A stretch of 64,000 nt of DNA from Tubulanus polymorphus (GCF_964204645.1 NC_134029.1:19524950-19588949); one strand, 5' to 3'. Numbered from the stretch's first letter, positions 26,184 to 38,497 are shown. A program made the numbers and translations. Notes: a model not told the origin generated them from the letters alone.

Positions 26184-27242
26184 ACTAGAAAAAAAGTCGT
26201 ATGCGAACGTAAACTCTTCTTTTTAAAGGAGGGTTTCTAAAACGTGGGTTTCTAAAACACGGTCACTCTGAAATGAACCCGTTTTTCTATCGTATTGTTA
26301 TGCATAAACCGGGTCTAAGAAGCAAGTAGGGAGACGAGGCCTAGGTGATTTCGGCTTTATATTTCGCAGACGGTCCATTTCCAGGTGCCAACGAACGGCG
26401 AATGTACCGACCGATGTTGAGCGGTATTAGTGCCAGTTCGGTATCTTAGCGTAAATCCTACACGTAGTTATTCGTTTATATCATAGAAGATCTTCGAAGA
26501 TCGGACTTCAATTACTCGTATAAGCCATATTTTGATTGAAGATCACGGGCGCAGAAATCGTGATATTGCAGGAGATTTATGCGTCGATCTCGTGAGAGTA
26601 CACAAGACGGCATCATTTCTATGGAAAGATTGTCGAACAAAAAGTACATCGCATGCTTCATAGTTTTGATTTACGTTCGACATTGTCTTTAGTAATAGTA
26701 CACCTTACCTGGAAGCAGAAAATTAAAAATGATGGTCGTTCACATGTTTGAAAAAAAATAATTTCTTTTACGATTTGAAACTAACCCCTTTCGCGAGGCA
26801 TTTATTACATATAATATCTATTTCCCTGGGAGTAATACACGTACGAAAGCGATGAATAGAAAAGTTTTAACTCAATGACGAGTATAACAGAGTTCCTGAC
26901 AAATAATCTTGAAATAAAAGAAAAGAATTGCCACGAATAAATGAAAAACCTAGTAGTCTCAGGATGTCGCCAAGAACGAAGAATATCTAGCCGAAGATTT
27001 ATATTCTCACATAAGTATTTTGATTCGAAATTCACTTGCTTGTCGCCATCAAAGTCGTGGGATGTTTCTTTCATTTTCTATATAAAAATGGGCACAGTGT
27101 AAAAGAATGTGCATTTTACCCCATACTACTTCGCAATGTGGGCTTTTCATCTCATCACGAGACGGGTCGGAAAAACGCAGTTTGAGGAATGTTTTACGCT
27201 CTCAGCGATATTCATTTATGGACACTATATTTAGTAGCCATA

Positions 27243-27324
27243 AGTTTAGTTTAATCTATTTTGCTCAGTAAAAATACATTTGCTTAGAGCACAGGAACAA
27301 TTTACAATCTATGTGTAAATGCAC
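27243..27324 (-). repeat. probable retroposon 3' tail fragment (partner 46093-46192)
   Basis: Shared TTTAGTTTA...TATTTTGC...ACATTTGCTTAGARCACAG...ATGTGT. The minus strand ends in (TAAAC)n. Confidence 0.6.
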
Positions 27325-28920
27325 GAATTACATATGTATATAGTAATGGTTATAGATTATACTATGAATTTGACCTTGCGACAGTTGAGACGATCATCAA
27401 CTGGAGGCATATTTTTGCTTCCCTCCTTCAGAAATTAACGCAAAAATTGTACTAAACGAAAGCCTGCCATGTTATTCCGTTAGGCTGCTTATTGATACGC
27501 GATATTTTTTCCTATATCCAACAGTTCGAAACGTCATCCAGCAACTCTCACGAGTGAATATGGACGCATTTAAATCTATCTTATTTCAAAGAAAAGCACC
27601 CATGGCCACAACACTCATTGTTTCTAATTTCAAACAATGGCTTAGAGCTCGTTCAGAAACGTCTCCGCGAAATAAGGACATTCTTCTTCTATTTTTGGAG
27701 CCCCGTGGGCGAAATTTTGATCTACGCGTTAAGTAATTTCAAAATATTTAGTACCCTCTCCTGAAATAACGTTACGTCCCTGACAATGTTTTCATTTTTA
27801 AAGAAATCGTGATTGTCACTTCGCCGTAACGGGAGACGGACGATAGAAGGGAAATGTAAAGGGAAATGTGAAGTCCCGTAGTAAAAGCACCGTTTATTGT
27901 TCAGTAAAGAAGTCAAAAAATGCGAGAATCTCGTGATTCGTATCCGATTGGTAATGAGTAGATATTTCCAATAGACGTGCACGGTTAAGCATGGAACGGT
28001 ATATGACAGCTGTCATTATTAAGCATTGTCTCATGAATGAGAACCTATAAAAGATATGTAAAAAAGTATATCGCATCGGAAAGACACACATTTGGCAGCG
28101 GTTTTTAGTTATACTGTCTATATCAAACTCAAGAATCAGATGCCAATCTAAAGTTTGTTCAGGGATTTACATCACCGTCGAGGGTACAAGATGTTTTTTT
28201 TCATGGCTGTGGTATTTGAATTATCCGAATTATGCGATTATAATTATTATTTTAGGTGAAATGTTTTGTTGAAAAATCTTTGTTTAAAATCATATCTCGC
28301 GTAGAATAAAATGGCGAAGTTTAGAATATTTAATTTCCACTGACGAGATGATATTTGAAACCCTTACGACAATAGTATAATCTTGTATCTCTTCATCAAC
28401 GCGTTGAATGATTCATTTAAAAATGCCTGTCACGGATCAAGTATCAAGTGTATGTATCAGAGTGACGGCATCGCATGTTATAAAATCGGTATTAGAAGCG
28501 CGTAGTTCTTTTTAAAAGCGCGATGTACCGCTATTGTTTATTCAACTGAGCGCAGGAAAGGAAGGTGTCGGCATTGTATATCCTCTATTTTTCAAAAAGA
28601 GACACATCGCCGTGATTGATCGAACACGATATCGGATGTGTTAATTGAGAAAGGCGCGGGTGGAAGCGCAGGCGTTATTTCGTACTATAATTACTATACA
28701 CTCGGCGAGGTTATATATTCTGAAATAGTCATTAAGTAAAACAGAAAAAGAAGGAAATAACCTTCCATTTACAATAGAAATGTCGACTAATTAGGAAAAT
28801 CTCGGGGAGTGAGATACGAGGGGGTTGTTAAAAAAAACACAATCAGTTCGATATTTGATGAACTGTAGAAATCAGATGGGATTGGTTTCGCCATATTATT
28901 CTTGTAAGATTAATCACGAT

Positions 28921-28948
28921 ATTTCTTTTATTTCTATTTTCAGGTAAG
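28921..28948 (+). promoter_or_regulatory. candidate recursive splice site (3' splice site fused to 5' splice site)
   Basis: ATTTCTTTTATTTCTATTTT (17 of 20 pyrimidines) followed by CAG|GTAAG. Branch-point-like TTAAT at about 28910. Confidence 0.55.
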
Positions 28949-31900
28949 GTAATAAAGAATGACAGACAGATGGTGAGCGAAGTAGAATTGTGTTTGAATA
29001 TCTGTAGTCGATTCCGAGGAACAGGAATGAAGGTAGTCTTGAACCTCTTGTTCCTGGGAATCTTTTTTTTTTATTTGAATGTTCGATTTCTGCTTATACA
29101 TTTGGCTCGTGTAGGATTGATGTGTTCAGGTCGGAAAAAGAGGTTTAAGGAAATAACTGATACTGGTTCAACTAGGTATCAGCGTCCCAAGACAACGGAT
29201 CCGATATGAATAATATTTCACATATGACTGAACGTGACCTTCGCCTAATCTATAAAAAATGTTGTCTAAGCCCCATATACAAATTCCAAATATTTCAAAC
29301 GAAGATGCAAAAAACCCAGATTCTATATCTTGGTTTCCGCTTGATTAGGTCAAAAGGTTCGTGCCCCGTTATAATTTCTAATTTCGATCATTTTCAAACT
29401 TCTAAATGTCGGTTTTTATATTGTACTGTTATCGTTACTGCGAATTCTACTTAGATAATGGCTATCGTTGCAAACGTCTACGAAAACAATATATCTATTC
29501 ATTTCAATCAAGTTGTTTCTCGAGTACGAGAGAAAACGTCTCCGAACGCGGAGCGTTTTCCGATAGAAATGACGTATATCGGCAGCCGGTGTCATTAGCG
29601 AAATACCTGCGCGGAATGTTGTCAAAGTGTTTTGTTTCTCTATCATTATCAATTCCGGAGGAGAGGAAACTATGAAACCAGACCAAAAAACGATATCGCC
29701 CCGTGCAGTCCTCGATGTCTTCGTTTTTCCCACGCAGGTATTGTATATACATTTCTGTTTCGCGCGTTTGAAGAAAAGAAACATAAAAAGCCGATATAAG
29801 CCTGTAAGAAAACACTCCTAGTGACGCCGGCTTCCGATTTTAAGATACCGTCATAAACCTAAATAGGTGTGGCAATTTTTTTCTATTCATCCAGTCTTCA
29901 TTTTAAGTCTTCAACTATTTTGAACGCATCGGCAATCGGTTTCGTTCGATGTCGGCACCTCGTGGCCTGTCTATATCGGCGCAAAAATCCTTTCCGACTG
30001 ACCAAATGTGCACGGTCCACTAAAGAAGATAGAACCGCCTGTTTCATCGTTAGCTTTTCCCATGGTTTTTTTTTCTGCAGCGAGACGCGTCTTTTTCCGT
30101 AAATAGCGCCGCATAATCTGACAATATCAATAATGTACGTATGTTCAAGATGATATTTTCTTGATCTGTTGTTGTGTGTTGGTTCTCAGGCAGAAGGTAT
30201 ACAGCAATATGATATACGTCTATAAGCATATGTATGACAAGACAGATAATTTAAGCCGGTCTTCCGCGACGTTTCAGGCAATTAAGAATGATTGTTCGGG
30301 CACTGATGTGTTTTGTGCGTGGTTGCTGTCACCTCGCGATGACTGCTAATCATTCAGCAGTGGCTTATACAGTGAAATTTTCCACTCGTTCTCCGGCCAT
30401 TTGATCAATCAAGCAGCGCGACTAATTCGACGAGCGCAACCTCGTCAACTCTTCCAACCCGTAGCTCAAAGCTAAAAGTCACACGACATCAAAAACGCGC
30501 TGTAAGTTTAAAAGAACCGACACCGCTATTTTCTGGTCTTTGTTTCGAACCTTTCAACTTGCGATGGCCGTTCGTTGCACACGCGCTTTCAACTACGTCA
30601 TAGAAGGTCAAGGCCATTCTCACCCGCAGTAAATTTTTTAAAAGAATTTTATTCGCAAAACGAATTTTTTTTTCTCGTAATGTTTCGACCTTGAACTGTC
30701 GAAATCGATGAAAGATAATTACTCATTGACTTGGTTCGTTTCCCAATAATTCGCATTACGCATATGCACTTCATGAATAGCTTTTTATTTCGGTGACCAG
30801 GAAACGCTTATGTGCCCGCTTGTCGCGCGCATCAATTATTAACGTTATTCATTTTTATCGAAGTTCGGGGCGTGCTTTTTTTTCTACCGCGGCACCGGCC
30901 GTTTATGGTTCTGCGGGGAGACTTTCGAGCTTATACGCATTTCGATTCCGGTGCGTGTTGAGTACGAATTCGGCTCCGAAATCGGCCCGTCGCCCTGATG
31001 GGAATCGTCGTATAAGTTGATTTACTATCGGTTCACTAAATGAGACGACTCGAGGCCGATGTGAGAAATCACTCCACAGCATTCGTGCGGCGGGCGATGA
31101 TCGACTTGTCAAATAGTAACTTGTAGCAATTTGACCCCGGCGATCGATAGACTAAACTGCGCGTATGCCCGTCAAGCATTAATAACATATCCACCATTTC
31201 CCCGACGAATCTCTCGCGCCAAACGATACGTACAATTAACTCACCGAACGGATCAAGACTCTCAAAAAGAAATTGATCTTTCGAGCACACACGGCCGCTG
31301 CGCTGTGATTCATATTATACTATATACTCGTTCGCTTCGCTTATAGCTTCATTTCGCTTTTTCATCAAATCATAATCGACACGCGTTCCCCGATCCCATA
31401 TTTCATTAAGCTATCAAAAAAGATCAAATTGCTTAAATTATGCCGTACGAACGTACGGTAACGGAATCCTCTTATGCGCGCAGCTATCTTCGACAGACGA
31501 CGGAAAAAAGGTGTCGATTTCATTTCGTTTTGGGGAAGTAATCTATATGTATGTATTTACCCCTGCGAATAACAATGAATCTATATAAGCACTGGCGCGC
31601 GTTCGGCTTCGCGATAATTTTTGTCCGCTGATTTCCCCTATGGCTTTTTGATGTTTTGCTTGAAATGATAGGGCACCTGCTCCTTCTGCGTGTAACCATA
31701 GAAATAATAGCGAGCGATTCTGTCGTCGAATTATGTTATTTGGTAAATATAACGTCTCATTCCCCTATTGTATGTACGGCTTAAAAATGACGGCATCGCG
31801 ATATGGAACGCTCTATTTCTACGTCTATCATTTATCTATCAACCGATCCTTTTTCTGGGAAGACTATATAGCTCGATTTTATCGAAAGACGAAGGACGTA

Positions 31901-32724
31901 TATCTGTTTCTTGTGATTAATGACGACCGTCATCGCCCATACGCGCTTCATTGTCCTTCCCTTATGTATGATACCATTAATAAATACACTTTTAGCGAAG
32001 ATGTACTAGGTGTAGGTAGTTCGGTATAAATGTCTTCGTCGGTAATGCACAATTTCTGTTCAAAGCGGATGACAATCTTGTGTATCGATTCCGCATCGAA
32101 ACACACATTGTTCTTGTTACATGATTCGAAATGCAGTCCCGATGATGATACACACATATACTAATGCTACCAGCCACACAACCTCCACAACAACCTTCCA
32201 CGCACGTTCACGGTTAAACATCTCATAGCATTGATCTTTGATTTTGTTCAGACGAAGCATTTGTAAAACCATCCTTTGTACGATTTAGAAAATGTCGTCA
32301 TTGATCAGAGTCGTCTATGGAATTTTGGCTTTGTTTTATCTCGGCTAATTGGATCGACTTGTCTTTTAGGTTGTTCAGCCTCCGTCAAAATCGATAAGCC
32401 TTCCAGTCGAACCCACAACTTTTCGTAGTCTTTCTTCTTGAATGAATCAAATGAACTTACGTTGTTTGCTAGCGATTTGTCAGCAACCGGTTTTCTTAAA
32501 TGAATGAACGAATTTTTCTTCAGATTATTTTCTAGCCTCAGTGCCTATGTTGTGAGCGTGGGTGGAGTGCATTATACCATTCGTTAAGTTGATCATTCTT
32601 TTTTAACTTCGATTTAGTGTCATCTAACGTCTGGTATAGACGTGCGTAAGGTTCGATCGACCTTAGTGTCGCAATAAGCTTAATCCAAACTTCCCGAACG
32701 CTGTATGTGACAACTTAATCTAAG

Positions 32725-32802
32725 CATGGACGTATAAACTAGTTTATACGTCGTTACTATATATTTTACTATATACTAATATGGCTAGTTTATACGTCCA
32801 TG
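32725..32802. mobile_element. 78-bp MITE with P-superfamily-like signature
   Basis: Perfect 18-bp TIRs CATGGACGTATAAACTAG / CTAGTTTATACGTCCATG. 7-bp TSD ATCTAAG (32718-32724, 32803-32809). Confidence 0.88.
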
Positions 32803-34249
32803 ATCTAAGATATTGGAAACGACGCACTAATAGTCATTTGAAATGCGACGGTAAAGCATCCTGAAAATATTAGCGTCAGTAATTGTTGGTTAGTAGCTTT
32901 AATTGGTTGTTTGACTCAGATCCTTCTAGCGTTCATAATCTACCAACTGATTGCCACTTCTAGGGTCATTCGGAATGAAATCCGGGCAGAAGAAGTTCGA
33001 CTTAGTGGTTATCAGTTATTGATGAACCATAATAGAAATGTAAAGAACGAAAGGTTACACCTCCTACATGTTTTGCTAGACAAACATAAGTTTTCTAGTA
33101 GGCCACACGGACAAGGGGACCGTCGGAAAAAATTCATTCAGGTAATGTGATAACCGGTCGATATTTTCCCGGCCTACTCTATATCCGAAGAACAATGTAC
33201 CGTTAACGCGCGACGCAAAGAATTGGCGAATGATCCGACACGATTAAAGCTTAACCAGGGGGATGGCGTTGGCGTAAAAGCGGAATCGCTTCCTGGCTCG
33301 TCGGGGAAAAAAAGATGAATCCATCCCCAATTCATGACTCGATAATACGGTGAAATGTCATCAGTAGACGAAATCCGACGACATCACACTGTCGTGACGT
33401 CACTGTTGATGCCATCCCTCTACCGAATGACATCAAAACGACTCAAAGAAGCGCGATCGATAATGTTCAATGGAGCGACGCACTGACGACGATCTTCGAA
33501 GTTTTATTGAGAATGATTAGGTTGTTGTTGTCACGAACACGAACAAACAAATGTTTTTCTTAACCATTTTTGGTAAATGTTCTGGCCTTAAACAGTCACC
33601 AGCGTGGGCTGAAGAAGCTTCTCCCATTAAATCATGGTATTTTGAAGTTTGCAGATTTTAGCTTTTCTCAAAAACATGGATATAAAAGCTAGCAAGACGA
33701 TATATCTACGTTTTTCTTTCGCATTTTTCTTTGAGTTTCTGGGGATGCTATAGAACTTAATCCTTCGATAATATCAAATAAAACATGTAGATAGAATAAG
33801 GACTACAAACCCTTACGGAGAGGAACCTATCGATACGAATATGTTGCTGTCAAATATTTCCCTTAATAGTTGATTGAAGTTATATCATATTATTGTCATA
33901 ACAATACCGTTTAAGTCAACACGCGTTTAAGTCGTATGTTCATCTTTTTTAGATCGAATTTATTGCGATTGAAAAAAGAAATCAAAGCACGTTCATTATC
34001 GGTTGGTACATACATAAATGAAAAAAAAAATCTAGGGTGGGGCATTGTCGATGATTCAAATTATTTATTGTATCGTATTGGCACGACAAAACATGATATT
34101 TTTCCGATATTTTATTTCAAATGATATTTTTTATTCGATGGATATATTTTAATCCATGACAGCTTCACTTTTCTTTATCATCTTCTCGTTTGACTGTATT
34201 TCTGGAAACTGACGTCAACTGGTAATTCTAAGTAGATTCGAATCTCTAA

Positions 34250-34543
34250 AGCCTAACGCAAACGGCGCGGGGGGAAACAGGGAAACATTTTTGATGTTAG
34301 ATTTTTGAACCCAGCGCACGCGACGCAGGGAAGCACCGAAACCTGTGCCCTGTAAACGAGAAACGAGAAACATAGTTTTGGGATAAGATGATTGTGATAG
34401 AACGTGTTTGATTCCGTGTTTCCCTGTTACTGTGCATCGTAGTCTTTGTATTAACATGTTCGGAAAACAATATTCTGAGATCGAACACGTTTCATTCCGC
34501 GTTTCTGTGTTTCCGCGATTTCCTACATCGTGTGCGTTGGGCT
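34250..34543. mobile_element. MITE family 1 copy (~295 bp, reverse orientation)
   Basis: AGCCTAACGCAAACGGCGC ... CATCGTGTGCGTTGGGCT. Internal TIR-like CCCAGCGCACGCGACGCAGGGAA. Confidence 0.85.
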
Positions 34544-34664
34544 TTGGGTAAACCTGTTAGATGAACTTTCTGTCATCTGTAGCTTGGTCCATCGTGGATT
34601 TTCTTTCGATGAAGTTCTAATTGCCAAAAGAACGTTCCCTTTGGTGTAGTATCAGCGTCTCAGT

Positions 34665-34857
34665 TTGTTTTTTTAACACCCTCAACCCGCTAAGCGCCAC
34701 GCAGGGCATTATAAGCGGGTTCGATGTTTCTTTTCCTAATGGAGGAGAGACCAGAGAAGAACCTTCGACCAAGAAATTCAGTCGCCACCAGGGTTTGAAC
34801 CCATAAACCCTGGCTTGACGAGACCAGCGGCTTGAACCACTCGGCCACCGCGCCTCG
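34665..34857 (-). mobile_element. full-length tRNA-derived SINE
   Basis: Minus strand has box A TGGCCGAGTGG, box B GGTTCAAACCC, a 3' stem AACCCGCT/AGCGGGTT and an A-rich tail. Perfect 14-bp TSD ATCAGCGTCTCAGT (34651-34664, 34858-34871). Confidence 0.92.
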
Positions 34858-36519
34858 ATCAGCGTCTCAGTAGTTAAGATACCGCAAAGTCCTCGTTGCT
34901 TTTTCGCTTAGTTGCAGACACAGAAAATCCGATATTCAAATTCAAACCGAAAAACAATTTAAAACAATCTGTTCCAGCTAAACACAAGAGAATATAATAC
35001 AATTTCAACAGTTATTCAAGGGTGAAGTTCGCATTTTATGCGTCTTCAATAAGACCGTTGTTATTAGAAGTTATCGCTTGATAAAGGATCGTTGATTAAT
35101 TTTTCCAAGTCCCAGGCGATGCTATCGAGTGACATCGCTTTCTGTAGTAATTTATTAAACTGAAGATTCGTATGGAAGGGCGAATCTACGTTTATTAAAT
35201 AGAGTATGAACTACGAGCGAACTGGGTGTCATCTGTATCAATATCGTCTGCGATATTCGTGTGCGTCCGTGTTGCTACCGTTTTCAAAAGCTCGTTTTTC
35301 GCGAGCAAAAGCGATGTAAATGTCGTGAACTGATTAATGAGCTTTCACAACGGATCATACTACCATCGTTTGATACGGTCATTACGACAGAAGCATCGAC
35401 GTAAGTAGTAAGCACAATAGTGTTTGGTCAAAATAAGAAAAAAAGTGGGAGAGAATGTTTGATTTAGTGGGGGCGGTGTTCTCGGCGTTTGACGTAGCGT
35501 CGAATTCGGCCGTATGAGAATAAAATCTAGAATTATGTCCCGAAATTAAGGTTCTGTCTTTTATTTTCGTTACGATGGTGATCGGGCCAATAAAAAGAAA
35601 TGCCTGGCGGTATCATGATTTACGATGGTTACCCTTTGTTTGGACAAAGTACCCTGGTCGAAAGACCTATTTCACTTACTACTTACTGTAAGGCCATGCC
35701 ATTTACGAAAAAGTCCTTTGACCGCTTAAAACCGAGAAACTAGTCCAAATCTAACGAATAAAGAAGTTTCCAGTTTCTAGGAGCCATTTTGTGGCGATCC
35801 ATCGTTGTCCCCATGGTTGCGATAAATTTCTCCCTTTTTTGAAGCATAAGTTTTGATTGAATTCCAATTAGCTCTGCAGTCCCTTGCTTGATAAACTTGA
35901 TTTATATATCATTTTAAAGGAAAGGAAATGCAGATTTTTGCTGCTGATTCTTGGGTTTTTCGGACGGCAATCACGATATGAGACCAAGGACCGCATGTTT
36001 TAAATTCGCGTCAAAAAAAAAAATCGCGAACTTACTTCATTTTGAAATAAATAAGTATCTGCTAAAGCTGTAATTCCCATTTTTTCAGAGGTAAAAGACC
36101 GTTATTTGCAAATCTAACGAATTAGATGCGTGAATGTCGATATTCCTTTTTTTTCAAAATTTCAATTAAAACGCCGGGAAATTGACGTGGAATTTTCGCG
36201 CTATTAAAATCGCGCAGTCGGCGTGTTTACATACGGGGCAGCTGCCGATGAAATCATTCTGTCTAAACTTCTGCGAAACACTTCTGAATAAATACGAAAT
36301 TTCCTGCGTACGCCGCGGAGACAATCATAACAAGAATTGGCGACGAATGCCGCCGGCTAAATACCGCTCATTCGAGCCCTGCGATTCGGTAGATACTCGC
36401 TACCGCGGGTAGACCTTGCGTAATTACCGACCAAACGAATGAACACACACGCGGTAAAATTTGGATTCATAGTTCGTTGACTCGTCGGGCCGGTAATCAC
36501 CCAGCACTTACTAAATCAC

Positions 36520-36811
36520 AACCCTTTCAGTGCGTCTACACCACAGTGCGGTGTATAAATCATTGATAGATTTTACTAGTACACCGCACTGCGGTGTATT
36601 GATGTAATTAGTAATTAGTAATTATCTCTATTGAAAAATGGCAGCACGTGTCGAACATAGTGAAATACTAGTAACTAATGATACACCGCACCGCAGTGTA
36701 GACGCACTATAGTGGTATTCCCGTTGTTCAACACACTAGGGTGCAATTTTTTAGAATTTTCAAATTATCTCCAGCACTATAGGGTATTAATTAGTCAGCA
36801 CTGAAAGGGTT
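36520..36811. mobile_element. MITE with piggyBac-like CCCTT termini
   Basis: 14-bp inverted ends AACCCTTTCAGTGC / GCACTGAAAGGGTT. Three internal palindromic TACACCGCA-N-TGCGGTGTA-type modules. TTAA flanks are degenerate. Confidence 0.75.
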
Positions 36812-37394
36812 TTAATTTTAGACTTTGGAATGTTACCTCGACGAGTCGACTCAACGCATTGGATTCGTCACTAACGAGGTTCACCCAAAATCCACTAAAA
36901 ATGAATACTAGAATAAAGAGATGATTAAACATTTAAAGTTTCGCTTTGAATATGATGGTGGGGACCGTAACATGCCTTCGGGAGGCTGTAATGTGGAAAT
37001 AATACCTAGGCCTCTTCTTACAACCACTCTTTTTGACCTGGATATGATTGTGACTAGAAAATGTATTCATTTATTTATTTCCTGAATAATTTACATCAAT
37101 AGATACCAGATTGACTCAATGACAATAGATAATTGATTTGTTTTACACATAAATATATGAACTGATGTAAAATAACACCAGGGCAACCAGAGGAAAGCAG
37201 AGCTTGTAATATTAGGCACCCTAAAAGGAAACAAATAGATGACATTCAAGCCTTCACATTTGGCTCGATATGAATCGTTATCTATACACAATATTCGTAT
37301 ACTCATATATTATAACTATTTGTAATAATCGCTTAATCGTTTATCATATAGGATTTGGTAATTCTTTCTCATTCGGATATATATATTACCGATA

Positions 37395-37526
37395 ATCCGG
37401 AAGAATCTGTCCTGCGGTCATGGTCCCGCTTGAACCCCGCTCCGGCTCATATCCGGAAGAATCTGTCCTCCGGATACGGATCTGTCCTCCGGATACGGTC
37501 CCGCGGTAACCCCGCTCCGGTTCATA
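37395..37526. repeat. 56-bp tandem duplication with nested 19-bp duplication
   Basis: ATCCGGAAGAATCTGTCCT...AACCCCGCTCCGGYTCATA occurs twice. ATCTGTCCTCCGGATACGG is doubled at 37461-37498. Confidence 0.9.
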
Positions 37527-38160
37527 ACCATACTTTCGTACGTCAACCCTTATGATATATACAAGTGCCGCATTCTATCGCGTCGAATATTACCAATCTC
37601 TGACGTCTTCGGTAATCATCGAAGTTGACAGTTTCGTCGGAACAGATGGTCCCTCGCGTATTGTTCCCAGTAACGACTCATCAAACACCTCGACGGGATC
37701 AAGGTGAAATGTTTCTCGTCTTTCTGCGATATATTGTGCCGCAGTGAGCCAGGCAAGATGCGGCGTATAGTTGCAGATATAATGTGTCGTATGAAAAGTA
37801 TTCGGTCGGCTTTAATTCGACGAGCGCATAACAGTTTCCGCGCACGGAAATCGTTTGGCAGCTGTGTGCGTCTGGGGTAGCTCCTCTTATAAAAAAAGCA
37901 ATATTGCAAATAGGCGAAGTATATAAGGCATAAAAACTCCACAAACAATGATTTGTTTTTAAAAAAGCACGTTTCGAAAAGAAAAGTTGGTGAACAATAT
38001 TCTAGTTTCAGGGCACTTTTTTATGAAATCGTTTACCACGACATGATAGTCCTACAGTTCCTGGTTTTAAAACTAGGTTAAAAACCTTCATGTTTCCTAG
38101 TGCTTTTGATTCTAGAATACGACAGCCTTTTATCTTGGGGTTAAATAAGTGTTTTCTGTT

Positions 38161-38223
38161 AAGAGTCTTGTTAGAAAATAGCGCCATATAAAAGCATACT
38201 TAATTATTATCATCATTATTATC
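38161..38223 (+). repeat. probable SINE/LINE 3' tail remnant (partner 46319-46376)
   Basis: AAGAGTC...GCGCYATATAAA followed by an (ATT)n-like tail in both copies. Confidence 0.5.
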
Positions 38224-38384
38224 GTAAAAGGTGATTCGACAGCCCGACAAATTTTACAATATCCCTGCTCCGTGAGAAATAGAAAACGAAGAGCTTTGGT
38301 CGAAGCGAAATAAACGAGAGATTGGCTTCCATAGGCAAGCGAGTGTCTGATTATGAAGTAAAAACCAACAAGATATAATGAAGA

Positions 38385-38497
38385 AAAAAAAAATAAATGA
38401 GAATTGTTGACATTTCGTCTCGATTCTATGGGCTTTTGAAAATAGTTTTTGAAAATGGCCCATAGAATCGGGCCGAAACTCTCGTTTAGTTTTTTCG
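38385..38497. other. foldback / long hairpin
   Basis: Perfect 13-bp CGATTCTATGGGC / GCCCATAGAATCG. It extends outward through TTTCG/CGAAA and AAATAAATGAGA/TCTCGTTTAGTTT. Confidence 0.7.

Noticed and set aside
34780-34857. Possible tRNA gene
   Set aside because: It has A/B boxes but no convincing acceptor stem, and it continues into a body, A-tail and TSD, so it is a SINE head.
37751-37773. AGGCAAGATG resembles the 5' end of miR-31
   Set aside because: Only the first 10 nt match and there is no complementary 3' arm to form a precursor hairpin.
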